Source: Candidatus Xenobia bacterium (GTDB taxonomy: Bacteria > Vulcanimicrobiota > Xenobia > Xenobiales > QWHO01). From it: a stretch of 64,000 nucleotides of DNA. The notes under the pieces are model-generated. The model saw only the letters and a program-made list of their open reading frames with translations, ran no database searches and had not been told where the DNA came from. The position numbers and the translations under genes are program-made. The stretch is from contig BTUM01000042.1 of the NCBI GenBank assembly GCA_045863235.1, positions 1 to 64,000 on the forward strand, written 5' to 3'. Positions 27,688 to 36,341 of the stretch are shown here, piece after piece (position 1 is the first letter of the stretch; each line of letters opens with the position of its first letter).

Positions 27688-29297
27688 AGAACGAGGACGG
27701 GATCCACTCCGTCACCAGCTTGATGGGCTCCCTGCACCAGGCGCTGGCAGCCCAGCCGGCTCTGCAGGCCCTGGTGGTGCGAGGCGAGATCTCGGATTTT
27801 CGGCGCTCCTCGGCCGGCCATCTCTACTTTGCTCTCAAGGACGAGCGCTCCGAGATCCGCTGCGTGATGTTCGCCCTGGCCGCCACTCAGGTGCGCTTCC
27901 CTCCCTCCAATGGGCTCCAGGTGGTGCTGCACGGCGGCATCGAGCTTTACGGCCAGCGCGGCCAGCTGCAGCTCCAGGTGCGGCGCATGCGACCCGATGG
28001 GGAAGGGGCCCTGCGACTGCGGCTGGAGGAGCTGCGGGCCCGGTTGACCGCCGAGGGCCTGTTCGAGCCGGCTCGCAAGCGTCGCCTGCCCTTGCTGCCG
28101 GTGCGCGTCGGGGTGGTGACCTCGCGCGACGGGGCCGTGTTACGCGACATCGCGACCACGCTCAAGCGGCGCAATCCCGGGGTGCAACTGATCGTCTCTC
28201 CGGCTCCGGTGCAGGGCGCTGACGCGCCCGGGCGACTGGTGCGCGCCCTGGAGCGGGTGGTGGCCTTCGGAGTCGACTGCGTGATCGTGGCCCGTGGCGG
28301 TGGCTCGCTGGAGGACCTGATGGCCTTCAACGACGAGGGCCTGGTGCGGGCGGTGGCGGCCTGCTCGGTGCCGGTGGTGTCGGCGATCGGGCACGAGACC
28401 GATGTCACCTTGTGTGACATGGCCGCCGATCGGCGCGCTGCCACCCCTACGGCCGCGGCCGAGCTGGTGGCCGCTGACCGGGGCGAGCTGCTGGGCACTC
28501 TGGAGCAGCTCCGCACCCGGCTGGAGCGGGCTCTGTTCCGACAGCTGGATGGTCAGCGCCAGCGGCTCGAGCGCCTGGCTCGCAGCCCGGTGCTGCGCTT
28601 CCCCGAGCGCCTGGTGCAGCCGGCTCGGACCGAGCTGGGGGGGCTGAGCGCCAAGCTGGCGCGGGTACAGATGGTACGGGTGCAGCTCGAGCGAGTGCTG
28701 CTGGAAGGGCTGACCCAGGCAGTGCGCGCCCGCCACCCCAGCCTGGTGCTGGGCCGCGAGCGAGCCCGGCTCGAAGAGCTGCAGCCCCGGCTTGGAGCAG
28801 CTCTCAAGCGCGGCCTGGCCCTGCAGCGCGAGCGGCTGGCAGGCCTGCAACACAGTCTGCGGCCGCCCGCGGTGGCCCTGGCCCGTCAGGGCCTGGGTGC
28901 GCTGGCTGATCGCTTGCTGCGCGGGTCGCTCTCGCTGGTGCGCGCGCGGCGGGCCGAGCTGAGCCTGCTGGTGGTGCCGCCTCTGAGCCTGGCCCCGCTG
29001 CGGAGTCTGCTTTCGTCGCTCGAGGCCCGGCTCGAGGGGGCTGTGGTTCACGACCTGGAGCGCCGTCGCCAGCTGTTGGGGGCCCTGGCCGGCCAGCTGG
29101 ACGCCCTCAGCCCGCTCTCCGTGCTGCACCGGGGCTACGCCCTCACCCGCGACGAGCAGGGGCGGCTGGTGCGCAGCGTGGCCGGGCGGGTGCCGGGCGA
29201 GGCCCTGCGGGTGCACTTATGCGACGGGCAGCTGGGGGTGCGGGTGGAGGAGATCGCGCCCTCGCATGGACCGGGCGATGAACTCGCAACAGGTTGA
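27684..29297 (+). CDS. xseA: Exodeoxyribonuclease VII large subunit
   Basis: GEIS....GHLYFALKD, ARGGGSLEDLMAFNDE, SAIGHETD, TPTAAAE, LSPLSVLHRGY; GTG at 27684. Confidence 0.95.
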   Translation: MKNEDGIHSVTSLMGSLHQALAAQPALQALVVRGEISDFRRSSAGHLYFALKDERSEIRCVMFALAATQVRFPPSNGLQVVLHGGIELYGQRGQLQLQVRRMRPDGEGALRLRLEELRARLTAEGLFEPARKRRLPLLPVRVGVVTSRDGAVLRDIATTLKRRNPGVQLIVSPAPVQGADAPGRLVRALERVVAFGVDCVIVARGGGSLEDLMAFNDEGLVRAVAACSVPVVSAIGHETDVTLCDMAADRRAATPTAAAELVAADRGELLGTLEQLRTRLERALFRQLDGQRQRLERLARSPVLRFPERLVQPARTELGGLSAKLARVQMVRVQLERVLLEGLTQAVRARHPSLVLGRERARLEELQPRLGAALKRGLALQRERLAGLQHSLRPPAVALARQGLGALADRLLRGSLSLVRARRAELSLLVVPPLSLAPLRSLLSSLEARLEGAVVHDLERRRQLLGALAGQLDALSPLSVLHRGYALTRDEQGRLVRSVAGRVPGEALRVHLCDGQLGVRVEEIAPSHGPGDELATG

Positions 29298-29331
29298 AAG
29301 GACGCATTCCAGACCGGAGCGAATTTTGCCG

Positions 29332-29910
29332 ATGATGCTCGAGCTCAAGCCCCGCCGCTTCACGGTGGAAGAATACAACAAGATGGCCGAGGCCGGAATC
29401 TTCGCCGGCGAGCGGGTCGAGCTGATCGACGGGGAGATCCTGTCTTTGAGCGCGCACGACAAGCTCCACAGTGACTCGGTGGCCCTGGCCACCAACCTCC
29501 TGGTGCGGGCCTATGGGGACACCCACCTGGTTCGCGTCGGCCTGAGGGTGCAGTCGGGGGAGTATTCCGAGCCCGAGCCCGACTTTGCCCTGGTGCGACC
29601 GGAAGAGCAGCGTCAGGCCCGGCGCCACCCCACCCGGGCCGACCTGGTCATCGAGGTCTCCTACACCTCGCTGGCCTATGACCGGCTCAAGAAGACCGCT
29701 CTTTACGCCAGCACCGGCATTCCCGAGTACTGGATCGTCAACCTGGTCGACCGTTGCCTCGAGCAGCACCTCGAGCCCCAGCCCGACCAGACCGCTCCCT
29801 TCGGTTTCTCCTACCGGGTGCGGCGGGTCTACGGGCCATCCGACACGATCCAGCCAACTGCTGTGCCCGGACCGGCTCTCACGGTGGGCGATCTGATGGC
29901 GCCTGAGTAG
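29332..29910 (+). CDS. Uma2 family endonuclease
   Basis: FTVEEY..M...GI, RVELIDGEI, EPEPD, LVIEVS..SL.YDR..K..LYA..GIPEYWIVNL. Confidence 0.9.
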   Translation: MMLELKPRRFTVEEYNKMAEAGIFAGERVELIDGEILSLSAHDKLHSDSVALATNLLVRAYGDTHLVRVGLRVQSGEYSEPEPDFALVRPEEQRQARRHPTRADLVIEVSYTSLAYDRLKKTALYASTGIPEYWIVNLVDRCLEQHLEPQPDQTAPFGFSYRVRRVYGPSDTIQPTAVPGPALTVGDLMAPE

Positions 29911-29916
29911 AGCTTG

Positions 29917-31212
29917 ATGCGCTGGCTCCTCGTCCTTGTGCTGGCCCTGACCCCCCCGGCCTGGGCCACTCCCGGCCGCGAGACCCTGGAGAAAACCCCC
30001 GGCTGGGCCCTGCTCACTCCCGTCCGGATCGTCTGGGAGTCGGCCGTGCTCCTGCGCCAGGCCCGCCACCTGCAGAGCACCGCTCCCCTGGCTTCGCTTT
30101 CGCGCCGGCTGGAGGAGCTGCGCGGGCTCAAGTTCCGTTATCCGGTGCGCTACACCGTGATGACCCCCGAGGGAGTTCGCCGCTTTCTCGACGAGCAGAT
30201 CGAGCTCCACTACCCGATCGAGCGCCAGCGCCGCGACGAGCGCATGCTGGTCCTGCTCGGGATGGTGCCGCCCGACTTCAAGCTACGCCCCTTCCTGCTC
30301 GACTTGATGCAAGAGCAGGTGGCCGGAGCCTATGACCCCATCCACGACTACTTCTTCGTGGTGCTGCGTGAGCAGAGCTGGCTCAACAAAGCCCTCAAGA
30401 ACGCCGACGAAGACGCCATGATCACGCTCCACGAGCTCGACCACGCCCTGCAGAACCAGCGCTTCGACCTCAAAGCCCGCCAGATGGAGCTGGTCAAGCT
30501 GGGCAACAGCGACCGCGAGCTGGGCTTCGCGGGCCTGATCGAGGGGGATGCCACCTCGGTCATGTACGACCTGATGCTGGCTCGTCAGGGCACCAACTCG
30601 GCCGAGTCGGGAATGAGCATGGAGGCCATGGGGGCGATGCTCAGTATTGTGCCGCTGCCGGGCATGGGCAAGTTCCGCGAGGCGCCGCTCTACTTCCAGC
30701 GCCAGCTGATGTTCCCTTATATGGTCGGCTGCGACTTCATCAACTCTCTGCGCCGCTACGGCGGCTGGGAGCTGGTGAACGAGTGCTACGCCCGCCAGCC
30801 GATCTCGTCGGAGCAGATCTACCACCCGGAGCGCTACCTGGCCGATGAGAAGCCGTTGCCGCTGCCTTTCACGCTCAGCCTGCCAGGTTGGAAGGAGCTG
30901 GGCCAGGATACCGGGGGCGAGTTCACGCTGCGCGTCTTTCTCGAGCAGCATGCAGTTCGCTCGCACCGATGGGCGGCGGAGGGCTGGGGCAATGATCGGA
31001 TAGCGATCTATGAAAAGGACGGCCAGCACTGTCTGGTCTGGCTGACGCGCTGGGACTCGGCCGCGGAGGCCGAGGAGTTCGAGCGGGCCGCCCGCGCCGC
31101 GCTCGGGAAGGCACCTGGCCGGTGGCGCCTGAAGGGCGCGGGTGATCGGGTGCTGCTGGCCCGCGATCTGTCCGCCGAGCAGTGGAGCCGCGCGTTATCG
31201 TTGTTGCGCTGA
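29917..31212 (+). CDS. Secreted putative zinc metallopeptidase
   Basis: Signal peptide, VAGAYDP, HELDHALQ, EGDA, FPY..G, P.SSEQI.HPE.Y, AAEGWGND. Confidence 0.75.
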   Translation: MRWLLVLVLALTPPAWATPGRETLEKTPGWALLTPVRIVWESAVLLRQARHLQSTAPLASLSRRLEELRGLKFRYPVRYTVMTPEGVRRFLDEQIELHYPIERQRRDERMLVLLGMVPPDFKLRPFLLDLMQEQVAGAYDPIHDYFFVVLREQSWLNKALKNADEDAMITLHELDHALQNQRFDLKARQMELVKLGNSDRELGFAGLIEGDATSVMYDLMLARQGTNSAESGMSMEAMGAMLSIVPLPGMGKFREAPLYFQRQLMFPYMVGCDFINSLRRYGGWELVNECYARQPISSEQIYHPERYLADEKPLPLPFTLSLPGWKELGQDTGGEFTLRVFLEQHAVRSHRWAAEGWGNDRIAIYEKDGQHCLVWLTRWDSAAEAEEFERAARAALGKAPGRWRLKGAGDRVLLARDLSAEQWSRALSLLR

Positions 31213-31278
31213 ATCCTCGCTCCGGGATGGATGACCTGGGTCATTTCTGGCTTCGGCCGGTGATTTTATGCTTCGAGT

Positions 31279-32067
31279 ATGCCTTCACCGGTCATCCTCG
31301 CTCTGGGTGCAGGTCTCTTTACCTGGGCTCTCACCGCCCTGGGAGCCACGGTGGTCTTCGGGCGCAAGCAGCCCGGCTCGGTCTGGTTGGATGGCTCGTT
31401 GGGGTTCGCCGGGGGGGTCATGATCGCGGCCAGTTTCTGGTCCTTGCTCGAGCCGGCCGTGGAGTTGTCCAGCCAGCTCGGGATGCCTCGCTGGCTGCCA
31501 GCAACCGTGGGCTGTTTGCTGGGTGCGGCCAGCATCCGCCTGGTCGACCTCTTGCTGCCTCATCTCCACCCCGGTCTGCAGACCCCCGAAGGGATCAAGA
31601 CGGACTGGCACCGGTCGTTGTTGCTGGTGCTGGCGATCACGCTGCACAACATCCCCGAGGGACTGGCCATCGGGGTGGCCTTCGGCGCCGTGGGCTCGGG
31701 CCTGCCGGGCGCAACCCTGGGCGCCGCTCTGGCCCTCACATTGGGAATCGCGCTCCAGAACGTTCCCGAAGGAATGGCCGTGGCCATGCCGATCCGTCAG
31801 GAGGGCAAGTCGGCCAGAGAAAGCTTCATGTGGGGCCAGGCCTCGGCGCTGGTAGAGCCGCTGGCGGCCGTGGTTGGGGCCGGGCTGGTGCTCTGGACCC
31901 GTCCCCTGCTGCCCTTTGCCCTGGCCTTTGCGGCCGGGGCGATGATCTTTGTGGTCATCGAGGAGGTCATGCCGGCGGCCCATCGCCGCGGGCGGAGCGA
32001 CCTGGCCAGCTTGTCGTTCCTGGCCGGATTCGTGGTGATGATGGCGCTCGACCTGGCGCTGGGCTGA
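31279..32067 (+). CDS. ZIP family metal transporter (ZupT/GufA type)
   Basis: GFAGGVMIAASFWSLL, AITLHNIPEGLAIGV, QNVPEG, AFAAGAMIFVV.EE. Confidence 0.95.
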   Translation: MPSPVILALGAGLFTWALTALGATVVFGRKQPGSVWLDGSLGFAGGVMIAASFWSLLEPAVELSSQLGMPRWLPATVGCLLGAASIRLVDLLLPHLHPGLQTPEGIKTDWHRSLLLVLAITLHNIPEGLAIGVAFGAVGSGLPGATLGAALALTLGIALQNVPEGMAVAMPIRQEGKSARESFMWGQASALVEPLAAVVGAGLVLWTRPLLPFALAFAAGAMIFVVIEEVMPAAHRRGRSDLASLSFLAGFVVMMALDLALG

Positions 32068-32081
32068 GGGGGGGAGAGCGA

Positions 32082-32234
32082 ATGAAACCCGAGAAGCAAA
32101 GCTGCTTGCCCTGGGTTTCGTTCGGATATCACTTTGGCTCTACGGCGCGGGGGGAAGCTCGTGCTGACAGCGATGTCGACCTGGCTGTCGCGCTGGCATC
32201 GGGTGCCCCACCCGATGCTTTCTGGTCGGCCTGA
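32082..32234 (+). pseudogene. Truncated minimal nucleotidyltransferase (MntA-type antitoxin)
   Basis: FGSTARGEARADSDVDLAV (GSx10DxD) in an ORF of only 50 codons. Confidence 0.75.
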
Positions 32235-32239
32235 ATTGC

Positions 32240-32460
32240 ATGACCTGGCCGAGCGCTACCTGCACCTGGCGTGTTGGACATCGCCCACCATCTGATCGCA
32301 CTCCCGAGACGAATGCGGCCGCCTTTGAGGCCCCATGCAGGCGGGTCTGGCGGCGCGGATCCAGGGCTGGGCACGCTTTCGGAACGTGCTGGTTCACCTT
32401 TACCTGGACATCGACCACAAGCGCACCCACGCCGTGATTCAAACCAAGCTGGTTGAGCGA
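32240..32460 (+). pseudogene. Frameshifted HEPN/DUF86 (HepT-type) toxin remnant
   Basis: Fragments in different frames: ERYLHLA, LDIAHHLIA, and ARFRNVLVHLYLDID (Rx4HxY). Confidence 0.75.
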
Positions 32461-32500
32461 GTTCCTGGCCTGGGGAAACGCCCGGCTGCCCTGACCCAAG

Positions 32501-32588
32501 TCCCGCGCCTTGACCTGCTCAGAATTGTAGACAATCTGTTGAACGGCGCCGCGTCAATTCCTGAAGTTGTTCAGCGCGCGGCGCTTTA
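32501..32588. repeat. Dispersed REP/REPIN-like element, copy 1 (partially deleted)
   Basis: Near-identical to 61903-62004 apart from substitutions, small indels and a ~15-bp deletion. Confidence 0.8.
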
Positions 32589-33155
32589 ACGGCCGCCTTT
32601 GAGTCGGTTCAGGGCGCCCTGGTAGACTTCCTGGGACTGGCTGGAGAACTCGGGCGGAGTCTTGCCTTCGTTGTTCTTGATGGTCGCGTCGGCCTTGCTC
32701 TTGATCAGGAACTTGACGATGTCGTCGCGGTCGTTCTCCTGGGCGAAGGTCACGCCGGCCTGAACATTGTTGCGGGCCACCTTCTGCTCGGCCGTCAGGG
32801 GCGTGCCGGGCAGGCCCTTGCTGGCCCCCTGGTTCTGGGCCTCGATGGCGCCCAGGGCATAGTGCAGGGGCGTGTTGCCCAGCTTGTCCTTGGCGTTCAC
32901 ATCGGCCCCGGCCCCCACCAGGCGGCCCACGGCCACGTAGTTCCAGACCTTGCAGGCCGCGTGCAGCGCCGTGGTTCCATCCGAGTTGGCGTATTTGACG
33001 GCCTCGGGGTTCTTGTCCACGATCCGGCCCATGGCCAGGATGTCCACCTGCATCTTGCTGCTCGAGACCCGAATCAACTCGTCTCCCGGGTTCGACCCGC
33101 AGCCGGCCACGATCAGGGCCAGCACCAGACATCCCAACCACTTGCGCATGCTCAT
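32586..33155 (-). CDS. Ankyrin-repeat lipoprotein
   Basis: GGAGG RBS, lipobox VAGC, ankyrin repeats GTTALHAA and GADVNAKDKLGNTPLHYA. Confidence 0.9.
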   Translation of the reverse strand: MSMRKWLGCLVLALIVAGCGSNPGDELIRVSSSKMQVDILAMGRIVDKNPEAVKYANSDGTTALHAACKVWNYVAVGRLVGAGADVNAKDKLGNTPLHYALGAIEAQNQGASKGLPGTPLTAEQKVARNNVQAGVTFAQENDRDDIVKFLIKSKADATIKNNEGKTPPEFSSQSQEVYQGALNRLKGGR

Positions 33156-33230
33156 TCCACCTCCGTCAAAGAACCTGGGACTTCGACGCCGGCCAGGGAA
33201 ACCACTGCCAGACCGCAAACCCCAGCTTCT

Positions 33231-36200
33231 GTGCACCACCAACACCGCTGGACGGCCGAGAAGATCGACCGCCGCCTCAAGCTCGTCGAGGGCCTGGTCT
33301 ACCGGCGCTCCACCCCTCTCAAGCCCTTCCGGCTCAAGACGCTCGAGTCGCCGCTGGAGGCTCCCCCGCTGGGCGATGAGGCGCGGGGGTGGCCCGAGGT
33401 CGCCCCGCTGAGCTACTGGGGGCGCTGGCGGCTCGACTTCCTGCTGCGCACCCAGCTCAAGATTCCCGCCGATTGGAGCGGCCCGCTGGCTCTCTTTCTG
33501 CCGCTGGGCGAGGCGGGCGACTTCAGTCATCCCGAGGCGGCCGTCTACCTCGACGGCGTCCTCTACGCCGCCTGCGACCGCCATCACCAGGAGATTCGCC
33601 TGCCCGGCACCCTGCAAGACGGTCGCTCGCACCGCCTCGAGCTGCACGGCTGGACCGGCATGGGGGGAAACCACCTGGGCGACCCCGGCCGCAAGCTGCT
33701 GATGAAGCCCTGCCTGCTGGTCGAGCCCGACCTGCCCACTCGCGAGCTCCTGGCTCTGGCCCGGGTGGCTCACGGCATCGCCACCCACCTCGATGAGCAC
33801 GACCCGGTGCGGGGCAAGTTGCTCGACGCCCTGGACCGCGCCTTCCTGGTTCTGGATACCCGCGAGCCCCACGGCGAGCGCTTCTATGCCAGCGTCCCCG
33901 AGGCGCTCAAGCTGCTGCGTCAGGCGGTGGAGCAGAGCGGCCCTCCGCTGCCGGTGCAACTCTTCGCCTCCGGCCACGCCCACATCGACGTGGCCTGGCT
34001 CTGGCCCCTGAGCCAGACCCGCCGCAAAGCCGAGCGCAGCTTCACCACCGTGCTCCGATTGATGGAGGAGTTTCCCGAGTACCACTACACCCAGAGCCAG
34101 CCCCAGCTCTACGATTACGTGCGCCAGGACCACCCCGAGCTCTTCGCGGCCATCGCGCAGCGGGTGGCCGAAGGGCGCTGGGAGTGCACCGGGGGCATGT
34201 GGGTCGAGGCCGACGCCAACCTGAGCGGCTCCGAGTCGCTGGCCCGCCAGCTTCTGCTGGGTCGGCGCTTCTTCCGCAAGCACTTCGGCCCTGAAGCCGA
34301 GACGCCCGTGCTGTTCTTGCCGGACGTGTTCGGCTACTCGGCCGCCCTGCCCCAGCTGATCCGCGAGGCGGGGCTGAAGTACTTCTTCACCATCAAGATC
34401 GGCTGGAACCAGTACAACCGCCTTCCCTACGACAGTTTCTGGTGGCAGGGGCTGGACGGCACGCGCGTGCTGACCCACTTCTCGACCTCACCCGAGCTGG
34501 GCGGCCGCTATGCCTCCACCTACAACTCCCAGGCCGTGCCCGAGCAGGTGCTGGGATGCTGGCGCACCCTCAAGCAGAAAGAGCTGCACGACAACGTGCT
34601 CATGCTCTATGGCCATGGCGATGGAGGGGGCGGGCCGACCCGGCAGATGCTCGAGAACCTGCGCGAGATGCGCTCGTTCCCGGCCACCCCCCAGGTGCGC
34701 CAGGCCAGCGTGGGGGCCTTCTTCGAGCGCCTGGAAGAGCAATCTCAGCGCCTGCCGGTCTGGGACGGCGAGCTCTATCTCGAGCTGCACCGCGGCACTT
34801 ATACCAGCCAGGCCCGCAACAAGCGGGCCAACCGCAAGAGCGAGATGCTGCTGCACGACGCCGAGTTTCTGGCCAGCTGGGCCTGGCTGGTCGACCCGGC
34901 CGGGGGCTATCCCTCCGGTGGGCTCTCGCGGGCCTGGGAGCTGGTGTGCCTGAACCAGTTCCACGACATCCTGCCCGGCTCGAGCATCGCCGAGGTCTAC
35001 CTCGATTCTCAGGCCCAGTACCGCGAGGTCGAGCAGCTGGCCCAGCACGCCTGGAAGAGCGCCTTCGAGCGATTGTCAGCCGAGCTGGGGGGAGCGGTGG
35101 TGGTGGTCAACCCCACCGCCTTCGAGCGCAACGACCCGGTTTTCGTGGAGAGCCCGGTGATCAAGCTGGAGGGCGTCCCGATGCAACCCACCGAGGGGGG
35201 AGCCTGGATCTCGGTCAAGCAAGAGCCCTACAGCCTCAAGCCTCTGGCCGCCGGCACCCCGGCCCCGCTGACCGAGGAGCCGGCCCGGGCGGGCGAGGGT
35301 TTTCTCGAGAACGCCTTCCTGCGCGTCGAGCTCGACGAAGCGGGGGATGTGGTGCGGGTCTACCACAAGCCGGCCCGCCGCGAGGTGCTCAGCGGCAAGG
35401 CCGAGCTCTTGCTTTTCGAGGACCGCCCCCTCAACTGGAACGCCTGGGACGTGGACATCTACTACGATGAGCGCAGCTGGACGGCCGAGCCGGCCAGCTC
35501 CATCCAGGTGGTAGAGGAGGGCCCCCTGGTGGCCACTCTGGAGGTGCGCCGCAAGCTTTTCTCCAGTACCCTGGTGCAGCTCATCTCGCTCGGTCACTCC
35601 TCCGAGCGGCTCGATTTCGACTGCCGGGTGGACTGGCACGAGCGCCACGTCCTGCTGAAGGCCGCCTTCCCGCTGGCCATCCACCAGAGCCAGGCTTGCT
35701 TCGAGGTGCAGTGGGGCCACGTCTACCGCCCCACCCACCGCAACACCAGTTGGGACTGGGCCCGCTTCGAGACCTGCGCCCACAGGTGGGTGGACCTCTC
35801 CGAGGGTGACTACGGGGTGAGCCTCCTCAACGACTGCAAGTACGGCCACGACGTGCAGGGCAGCGTGGTGCGTCTCAGCCTGCTGCGCTCGCCCAGCGAG
35901 CCCGATCCCGAGGCCGACAAGGGCGAGCACCGCTTTGTTTACAGCCTGCTGCCCCACTTCGGGCCGCTGGGGGTGAAGACCATCAAGCATGCCTACCAGC
36001 TCAACGATCCGTCCCGGGCCATGCGCGGCTCGGGTGGGCCGGCCCGGGGGCGGCGTCCCCTGGTGCGCACGAGCCGCCTGGAGGTGGTGGTGGAGACCAT
36101 CAAGCGCGCCGAGGAGGGCGATGCCCTGATCGTGCGCTGCTACGAGTGCCAGCGCACCCGCGGCCAGGTGGCCCTGAGCTTTGATTTCGAGGTGGGCAGC

Positions 36201-36317
36201 GCGTTTCGGGTCAATCTGCTGGAAGAGGAGCCGCGCGAGCTCAAAGTTGAGGGCCACAAGGTGTATTACGACTTCCGGCCGTTTGAGATCTTTACCTTGA
36301 AGATCGTGCCGAAGTAG
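33231..36317 (+). CDS. Alpha-mannosidase (GH38)
   Basis: GHAHIDVAWLWP, GGMWVEAD, LPDVFGYS, GDGGGGP, ELYLELHRGTYT, NQFHDILPGS, LLNDCKYG. Confidence 0.95.
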   Translation: MHHQHRWTAEKIDRRLKLVEGLVYRRSTPLKPFRLKTLESPLEAPPLGDEARGWPEVAPLSYWGRWRLDFLLRTQLKIPADWSGPLALFLPLGEAGDFSHPEAAVYLDGVLYAACDRHHQEIRLPGTLQDGRSHRLELHGWTGMGGNHLGDPGRKLLMKPCLLVEPDLPTRELLALARVAHGIATHLDEHDPVRGKLLDALDRAFLVLDTREPHGERFYASVPEALKLLRQAVEQSGPPLPVQLFASGHAHIDVAWLWPLSQTRRKAERSFTTVLRLMEEFPEYHYTQSQPQLYDYVRQDHPELFAAIAQRVAEGRWECTGGMWVEADANLSGSESLARQLLLGRRFFRKHFGPEAETPVLFLPDVFGYSAALPQLIREAGLKYFFTIKIGWNQYNRLPYDSFWWQGLDGTRVLTHFSTSPELGGRYASTYNSQAVPEQVLGCWRTLKQKELHDNVLMLYGHGDGGGGPTRQMLENLREMRSFPATPQVRQASVGAFFERLEEQSQRLPVWDGELYLELHRGTYTSQARNKRANRKSEMLLHDAEFLASWAWLVDPAGGYPSGGLSRAWELVCLNQFHDILPGSSIAEVYLDSQAQYREVEQLAQHAWKSAFERLSAELGGAVVVVNPTAFERNDPVFVESPVIKLEGVPMQPTEGGAWISVKQEPYSLKPLAAGTPAPLTEEPARAGEGFLENAFLRVELDEAGDVVRVYHKPARREVLSGKAELLLFEDRPLNWNAWDVDIYYDERSWTAEPASSIQVVEEGPLVATLEVRRKLFSSTLVQLISLGHSSERLDFDCRVDWHERHVLLKAAFPLAIHQSQACFEVQWGHVYRPTHRNTSWDWARFETCAHRWVDLSEGDYGVSLLNDCKYGHDVQGSVVRLSLLRSPSEPDPEADKGEHRFVYSLLPHFGPLGVKTIKHAYQLNDPSRAMRGSGGPARGRRPLVRTSRLEVVVETIKRAEEGDALIVRCYECQRTRGQVALSFDFEVGSAFRVNLLEEEPRELKVEGHKVYYDFRPFEIFTLKIVPK

Positions 36318-36341
36318 ACCTCTGGCCGCTCCCCCCTCGCG

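Noticed and set aside
28480..29100. Extended helical repeats in the XseA C-terminal region as a novel domain
   Set aside because: Variable-length coiled-coil repeats are common in XseA
29332..29910. Uma2 nuclease as part of a defence system
   Set aside because: Solitary Uma2 genes are common, and no methylase or partner gene is adjacent
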